The notes beneath the pieces are model-generated. The model ran no database searches and was not told the DNA's origin. It saw only the letters and a list, made by a program, of their open reading frames with translations. The position numbers were made by a program, and so were the translations under genes. This document shows, one piece after another, positions 31,080-35,721 of a stretch of DNA of 35,721 nucleotides. Origin of the DNA: Actinomycetota bacterium. Its GTDB lineage: Bacteria; Actinomycetota; Acidimicrobiia; IMCC26256; BP-133. The stretch covers positions 1 to 35,721 of the forward strand of contig JAUZEX010000700.1 in assembly GCA_030838815.1 (NCBI GenBank). Direction: 5' to 3'. How positions within the stretch are numbered: the first letter of the stretch is position 1; every line of letters begins with the position of its first letter.

Positions 31080-32246
31080 ATGACCCTCACCGACGAACAG
31101 GAGATGATGGTCGGCCTGGCCCGCAAGGTGGGGGAGCGGTTCGGTCTCGACTACTGGCGGGAGCAGGACCGGCGCGGCTCCTACCCGCACGAGGCATGGA
31201 CCGAGATCTGCCGGGCCGGACTTGCTGGCGTCGCCCTCCCCGAAGAGTACGGCGGCGCCGGGTGCGGCATGGTGGAGATGGCCCTGATCGTCGAGGAGCT
31301 GGCGGCTGCCGGTGCCGGAGCGACCGTCGGGCAGCTCTTCATGATCAACCCCATCTTCGGCGGGGTGGCGGTCGCCCGGTACGGCCATGAGGCCATGAAA
31401 TCGGCCGTACTGCCCGGGCTGATCCGGGGAGACGTCATCTGCTGCATGGCGCTCACGGAGCCGGACGCCGGGACGAACACCCTCGAGATGCGCACCACTG
31501 CCCGCCTGGACGGCGACGGTTGGATCCTCCGGGGCAGCAAGATCTGGATCACCGCCGTGCCCGACGCCGACAAGATGTTGGTGGTGGCCCGTACCCGGCC
31601 GTTAAAGGAGGTTCGCCGCCGAGCAGACGGGATTTCGATGTTCCTCATCGACCTTCCCCGCGACGGCGTGGCTCACGAGACGATCGACAAGGTGGGGACG
31701 AACACACTCGCCGCCAGCAGTGTTTCCTTCGACGACGTCCGCGTGCGCCCGGACGAGCTGGTGGGCACCCCCGACGGCGGATGGCCGGAGCTGCTCGACG
31801 TCCTCAACACCGAGCGCATCGTGACGACTGCGGCGCTCGTTGGCGCCGGCCGGCTGGCGCTCCGGCTGGCGGCCGACTATGCCGGTGAACGGCGCGTGTT
31901 CGGGACCACGCCGATCGGCGCCTACCAGGGCATTCAGTTCCCGTTGGCCCAGGCCTATGCCGAGCTGGAATGTGCCCGGCTCATGAACCTCCAGGCCGCC
32001 GCCCTGCACGACGCCGGGGGAGCCTACGGCCGCGAGGCCAACATCGCCAAGCTCGTCGGGTCCCAGGCGGCCAGCGCGGCCATTGACCGGGCGATGCAGA
32101 CCATGGGCGGTATGGGCTTCGCCAAGGATTCCCACGTCGAGCGCCTGTGGCGCGACGCCCGGCTGTTCCGGTTCGCGCCGGTGTCCGAGGAGATGATCCT
32201 CAACTACCTCGCCATGCACTGCCTCGGGATGCCTCGAAGCTATTGA
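31080..32246 (+). CDS. Acyl-CoA dehydrogenase
   Basis: 388 aa with PEEYGGAGCG, CMALTEPDAGTN, KIWIT, and a C-terminal QTMGGMGF...RLWRDARLFRFAPVSEEM pattern. Confidence 0.9.
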   Translation: MTLTDEQEMMVGLARKVGERFGLDYWREQDRRGSYPHEAWTEICRAGLAGVALPEEYGGAGCGMVEMALIVEELAAAGAGATVGQLFMINPIFGGVAVARYGHEAMKSAVLPGLIRGDVICCMALTEPDAGTNTLEMRTTARLDGDGWILRGSKIWITAVPDADKMLVVARTRPLKEVRRRADGISMFLIDLPRDGVAHETIDKVGTNTLAASSVSFDDVRVRPDELVGTPDGGWPELLDVLNTERIVTTAALVGAGRLALRLAADYAGERRVFGTTPIGAYQGIQFPLAQAYAELECARLMNLQAAALHDAGGAYGREANIAKLVGSQAASAAIDRAMQTMGGMGFAKDSHVERLWRDARLFRFAPVSEEMILNYLAMHCLGMPRSY

Positions 32247-34210
32247 GCCCGCTCGAGGAGCGTCTGGAGCGGTACCGGCGGATGGTCCGCATCCGGCGGT
32301 TCGAGGAGCGCGTCTCGGAGCTGTACCGCGACGGGGAGATCCCCGGATTCGTCCACCTCTCGGTCGGCCAGGAAGCGACCGCCGTCGGGGCGACCTGGGC
32401 CCTCCGCCCGTCCGACCACATCACCTCGACGCATCGGGGTCACGGCCACGTGTTGGCCAAGGGCCTTGACGTGCGGCGGGCCTTCGCCGAATTGATGGGC
32501 CGGGACGACGGCGCCTGCCGCGGCCGGGGCGGCTCCATGCATCTCGCCGATCCGGCGTTGGGGATTCTCGGTGCCAACGGCATCGTGGCGGCCGGCCTCC
32601 CGATCGCTACCGGCGCCGCTCTCGCCTGCGCACTGCGCGGCGGCGGGAACGTCGTGGTGGCCTTCTTCGGCGACGGCGCTGTCGCCCAGGGCGCCTTCCA
32701 CGAGGCCGCCAACCTCGCCTCCCTCTGGCGCTTGCCGGTCGTCTTCTGCTGTGAGAACAACCACTATGCCGAGTTCAGCCTGGCCGAGCGCCAGCACCCG
32801 GTGTCCTTCGAGCGGCGGGCGGCCGGATATGGGCTCCCCTATCACCACGTCGCCGGCAACGACGTCGAAGAGGTCACGGCGCTCATGTCCGACCTGGTGG
32901 AGCGCATCCGCACGGGCGAGGCCGGCCCGGTGTTCGTGGAGGCCGAGACACACCGCCTGCGGGGCCACTACGAGGGCGACCCGCAGCGTTACCGGGAAGC
33001 CGAACTCGACCGGCGCTGGGCGGGCTCCGAACCGCTGGCTTTGACGCGCCGGCAACTGGAGAGCCTGGGAGTCGAGGGAGGCCGACTCGACGCCGTCGAG
33101 GACGACGTGGCCCTGGAGGTCCAGGAGGCAGAGGTGGCGGCTCGGAAGGCGTCACCGCCCGACGAGGCATCGCTGTTCGACTTTGTCGTCGCCGAACGCG
33201 TCCCGGTCGCCGAACCGGAGCTGCTGTCCGGGGGCGGGGAGGAGCGTCGCGTCTCCCAGGCGATCCGGGCGGCGCTCGAGTACGAACTCGAGCATGACCC
33301 CACCGTCGTCGTCTTCGGGGTGGACGCCGGCGCGGGCGGCAACGTCTTCGGGATCACCCGGGGACTGCACGACCGGTGGCCCGACCGGCTGCGGGACACC
33401 CCCATCTCCGAGACGGCCGTCATCGGGGCCGGCGTCGGCGCGGCCATGGCCGGTCTCCGACCGGTCGTCGAGCTGATGTACCTCGACTTCCTGGGCGTGT
33501 GTTTCGACCAGCTCCTGAACCAGGCGGCGAAGCTTCGGTTCATGACCGGCGGGGCGGCCCGGATCCCTCTTGTGGTGCGCACCCAATTCGGTGCCGGGCG
33601 GTCCTCCGGCAGCCAGCATTCCCAGAGCCTCGAAGCCCTTCTGGCCCACATCCCCGGGCTCACCGTCGTCATGCCGTCGTCTCTGGCCGACACCTACGGT
33701 CTCCTGCGGGCGTCCATCCGGGATCCGAACCCGGTGGTCTTCATCGAGCATCGCCTGCTTTACGAGAAGAAGGGCGTGATGCCGCCGCCCGACCACCTTG
33801 TCCCCATCGGCAAGGCGAAGGTGGTCCGCGAGGGAGCCGATGTCACCATCGTCTCGTGGTCGCGAATGGTCTTCGAGTGCCTCGAGGCGGCCGAGATCCT
33901 GTCCCTGGAAGGGATCGACGTCGAAGTGATCGACCTGCGGACGATCGCTCCCCTGGATCGCGAGACGGTCCTCGCCTCGGTGAGGAAGACGGCTCGGATG
34001 GCCGTCGCCCATGAGGCGGTGACCGACTTCGGGGTCGGGGCCGAACTTGCCGCCCTGGCGGCGGGGCCGGGGTTCTGGAGCCTCGACGCTCCGATCCGCC
34101 GGATCGGCGCCCCCTTCATGCCCGCTCCCTACGCGCCGAACCTCGAACGGTTGTGGCTGCCGGCGGCGGACCGGATCGTGGACGAGGTCCGGCAACTCGT
34201 GCTCACGTGA
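32243..34210 (+). CDS. Fused E1 alpha-beta subunit of a TPP-dependent 2-oxoacid/acetoin-type dehydrogenase
   Basis: Alpha part: RMVRIRRFEERVSELY and the TPP motif GDGAVAQGAFHEAANLASLWRLPVVFCCENN. Beta part: DTPISETAVIGAGVGAAMAGLRPVVELMYLDF and a Transketolase_C-like end. Single frame. Start is TTG 32243 (TTGA overlap) or ATG 32282. Confidence 0.85.
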   Translation: MSPLEERLERYRRMVRIRRFEERVSELYRDGEIPGFVHLSVGQEATAVGATWALRPSDHITSTHRGHGHVLAKGLDVRRAFAELMGRDDGACRGRGGSMHLADPALGILGANGIVAAGLPIATGAALACALRGGGNVVVAFFGDGAVAQGAFHEAANLASLWRLPVVFCCENNHYAEFSLAERQHPVSFERRAAGYGLPYHHVAGNDVEEVTALMSDLVERIRTGEAGPVFVEAETHRLRGHYEGDPQRYREAELDRRWAGSEPLALTRRQLESLGVEGGRLDAVEDDVALEVQEAEVAARKASPPDEASLFDFVVAERVPVAEPELLSGGGEERRVSQAIRAALEYELEHDPTVVVFGVDAGAGGNVFGITRGLHDRWPDRLRDTPISETAVIGAGVGAAMAGLRPVVELMYLDFLGVCFDQLLNQAAKLRFMTGGAARIPLVVRTQFGAGRSSGSQHSQSLEALLAHIPGLTVVMPSSLADTYGLLRASIRDPNPVVFIEHRLLYEKKGVMPPPDHLVPIGKAKVVREGADVTIVSWSRMVFECLEAAEILSLEGIDVEVIDLRTIAPLDRETVLASVRKTARMAVAHEAVTDFGVGAELAALAAGPGFWSLDAPIRRIGAPFMPAPYAPNLERLWLPAADRIVDEVRQLVLT

Positions 34211-34232
34211 CGGCTCGGAGGGACGGACCGTC

Positions 34233-34604
34233 GTGAAGCTCGATGGAAAGGCCGCCGTTCTCACCGGTGCCGGTGGCCTGCTGGGACGGGCGCTCGCCGA
34301 GCGGTTCATCGCCGAGGGCGCCACCGGGCTGGTCCTCTGCGACGACGACCCCGGCCCCTCGGAGACCACCGCGGCGTCGCTGCAGTCGAGTGCCACGGAG
34401 GTCGTCGTCGCACCCGCCGATGTCCGTGACCCGGCGGCGGTCGACCGGCTCGTCGATGTGGCCATGGCCCGTCACGACCACTTGGACGTGATGCTCAACA
34501 ACGCAGGAATCATCGCACCCAATGGCGCATTCACAGTGATCTCCGCCGCGAAGCCGGCCAGCGAGAAGGTGGCGTCCTGCTCGCCGCCTCGAACGGTTCG
34601 GTAG
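34233..34604 (+). pseudogene. 5' fragment of an SDR gene (truncated after the NNAG motif)
   Basis: GTG start with a GGAGGGA RBS. TGAGGLLGRA and NNAGI are present. SDR similarity stops near 34525, and no YxxxK or catalytic Ser region appears in any frame downstream. The frame ends 34604. Confidence 0.6.
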
Positions 34605-34720
34605 TGGCGGATTCCGGCTGCGCTGATGGAGAGTTCCCAGACGCGGGGTCGGAGTTGGCGCATCGTCCCTGATCCCCGCGGGGCGTGTCGGCGACGGTCC
34701 GGTACCTCGGGACGGGACGA

Positions 34721-34969
34721 GGCGCGGTGCTTGCGTCCGAGGGACAGATGGTCCAGCCGGACGCAGCGCGGTTCGTCGGCGCAGGCTGCGACGGTGGTGC
34801 CGGCCGGCAGGGGACCGTGGGTCTGTTCCCAGACCACCCGCCGGACGGTCGTCAGGCGGCCGTGGATCTGGATCTGCGGGGTCCCGTGTGCCCCGGCGGC
34901 GCCGAGCCAGCGGTGGTGCTCGCCGGCGTATCCGCGGGCTTGGCTGACCGGGATTCCCCTGCAGCCACG
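34721..34969 (-). pseudogene. Degenerate HNH-endonuclease-like remnant
   Basis: Minus-strand frame reads C..x..GYAGEHH...RRVVWEQTHGPLPAGTTVAACADEPRCVRLDHLSLG. This matches the GY...HRxxWexxxGpxPxGxxVxHxCDNxxCvnPxHL layout of HNH_3-type proteins, but the expected His residues are replaced. No convincing start. Confidence 0.3.
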
Positions 34970-35345
34970 TGGAGTGGCAGGAGGCTGGGATTCCAGGGTT
35001 TCGGATTCGTGGCCATCCGCCTCCGAATCTCGCTCCGCCGGTACGGTCGCGGGGTGCGCTGGAGTGCCGGGGAGAAGGTGATCGCCTTTCTGCTCGAACG
35101 GGGCCGCTTGGAGTCGGTGGCGGCTGACGTGGAAGAGGCCTGCAACGCGCTCCTGGAGCGAGCGGCAAAGCGGCTGGCGACAGCTCGGGCGGCGGCGGCA
35201 GGCGAGGACTGGGAGGGGGCGTTTCGCCAACGCTTATGACGTGTATCGCATGTCAGCCGAGGTGTTGCTCCTCCGTCAGGGCTTGCGGGCGACGGGCGGT
35301 GTTGGTTCGCATGTCGCGGTGGAGGATGCGGTGAGCGTTGTCGCT

Positions 35346-35388
35346 GGCCAGCGTGATGGGACCGTCCTTCGGCCAGTGTGATGGGACC
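35346..35388. repeat. Two 18-bp direct repeats (GGCCAGYGTGATGGGACC) 25 bp apart
   Basis: 35346-35363 is GGCCAGCGTGATGGGACC and 35371-35388 is GGCCAGTGTGATGGGACC, one mismatch. They lie between the istB stop and the presumed IS end. Confidence 0.6.
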
Positions 35389-35445
35389 ACTGGGCCGGGG
35401 TCTCCTGCGTCGGCGGGGTGATGATGGCGGGCTTGTGGCCTGGGG

Positions 35446-35721
35446 TCAAGGGCGTGGTCGTCGGCGGCGGGTACAGGGGGTGGTGCCGCCGACGTCGAGG
35501 CCGGGTTTTTGGCGGCGGCGGTAGGACTCGCCGTCGAGGATGAGTTCGTAGGCCGCGGACTGGAGTCGGTCGATGGCGCTCTGGGCGAGGAGGGCGTCGG
35601 CCATCTGGCCGATCCACTCGATCGGTTCTCGGTTCGAGGTGACGACGGTGGAGGCGGCTCGGTGGCGTTCGACGATGAGTTCGTAGATGTCGGCGGTGTC
35701 GAGCGGGTCGAGGGGCTGGAG
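35446..35721 (-). CDS. istB: IstB-like IS21 helper ATPase, C-terminal 91 codons (5' part outside the window)
   Basis: My own translation of the minus strand from the window edge: LQPLDPLDTADIYELIVERHRAASTVVTSNREPIEWIGQMADALLAQSAIDRLQSAAYELILDGESYRRRQKP...*. This matches the conserved IstB C-terminus (LyelI..Ry...S.i.TSN....W......d..la.A.lDRL.h.a..i...GeSYR). Stop at 35446-35448. Confidence 0.8.
   Translation of the reverse strand, partial: LQPLDPLDTADIYELIVERHRAASTVVTSNREPIEWIGQMADALLAQSAIDRLQSAAYELILDGESYRRRQKPGLDVGGTTPCTRRRRPRP

Larger units (their letters stand above)
35251..35721 (-). mobile_element. Terminal part of an IS21-family insertion sequence (continues beyond the window)
   Basis: Partial istB, plus subterminal direct repeats downstream of it. 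The outer boundary is a guess at TGTCAG (35251-35256). The exact end cannot be fixed without the other terminus. Confidence 0.5.

Noticed and set aside
34472-35230. 252-aa minus-strand ORF as an intact gene
   Set aside because: Only the middle third shows an HNH-like layout, with key His residues missing. Its C-terminal ~20 codons are simply antisense to the SDR fragment, and the N-terminal part is Arg/Pro/Cys-rich. It is treated as a remnant.
35078-35239. Possible 5' fragment of a HEPN-like gene (VIAFLLERGRLESVAADVEEACNALLERAAKRLATARAAAAGEDWEGAF...), cut off near the presumed IS end
   Set aside because: The resemblance is limited to one amphipathic helix pattern recalled from memory. The RBS spacing is poor and it spans only ~53 codons. 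It is worth an HHpred check but too weak to call.
35276-35617. 113-aa minus-strand ORF
   Set aside because: The translation is Pro/Arg/Thr-rich. It overlaps the real istB frame and the IS subterminal repeats, so it is an off-frame artefact.
1-35721. rRNA, tRNA, CRISPR arrays, riboswitch-like leaders
   Set aside because: Intergenic space is minimal. The few longer gaps (4986-5124, 9290-9376, 19473-19647, 29482-29611) contain promoter/operator-like sequence but no repeat-spacer periodicity or cloverleaf-like structures visible by eye. A covariance-model scan would be needed to exclude small RNAs formally.

Overview
High-GC, very gene-dense DNA with actinobacterial-style coding signatures: G/C-dominated third codon positions, many GTG/TTG starts, and frequent 1-4 nt stop/start overlaps. 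I can support about 44 CDS in roughly seven transcription units. I saw no rRNA, tRNA or CRISPR. All family calls come from motif recognition by eye, since no searches could be run.

The window looks like a catabolic island for CoA-thioester-dependent aerobic degradation of an unidentified aromatic, alicyclic or bulky carboxylic acid. It contains:
- three paralogous stand-alone PaaA/PaaC-family diiron proteins (4263-4985 -, 5125-5913 +, 20827-21612 +)
- two PaaK-family ligases
- one ferredoxin-FNR reductase
- a soluble diiron monooxygenase operon (alpha, beta, coupling protein; 26593-29481 -) with no reductase of its own
- an orphan molybdenum-hydroxylase large subunit and an Amidohydro_2 enzyme
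- an unfused MFE-2/SCPx-like beta-oxidation set (MaoC hotdog pairs, SDR, SCP2, SCPx-type thiolase plus DUF35)
- two crotonases, an acyl-CoA dehydrogenase and a fused E1 alpha-beta TPP enzyme
- a Liv/HAAT-type ABC importer carrying two unknown envelope proteins

Five TetR genes are interspersed, one of them a tandem double-TetR. Four promoter regions carry related AT-rich dyads (wACT-N7/8-AGTw).

The right end holds a truncated SDR gene, an HNH-like remnant and the terminus of an IS21-family element (partial istB). Together these look like the island boundary.

The most novel-looking feature is the repeated pairing of a lone, ligand-complete PaaA-like diiron protein with a PaaK-like ligase. PaaB, a ligand-less PaaC and PaaD are all absent, and the reductase has the SDIMO-type domain order rather than the PaaE order.
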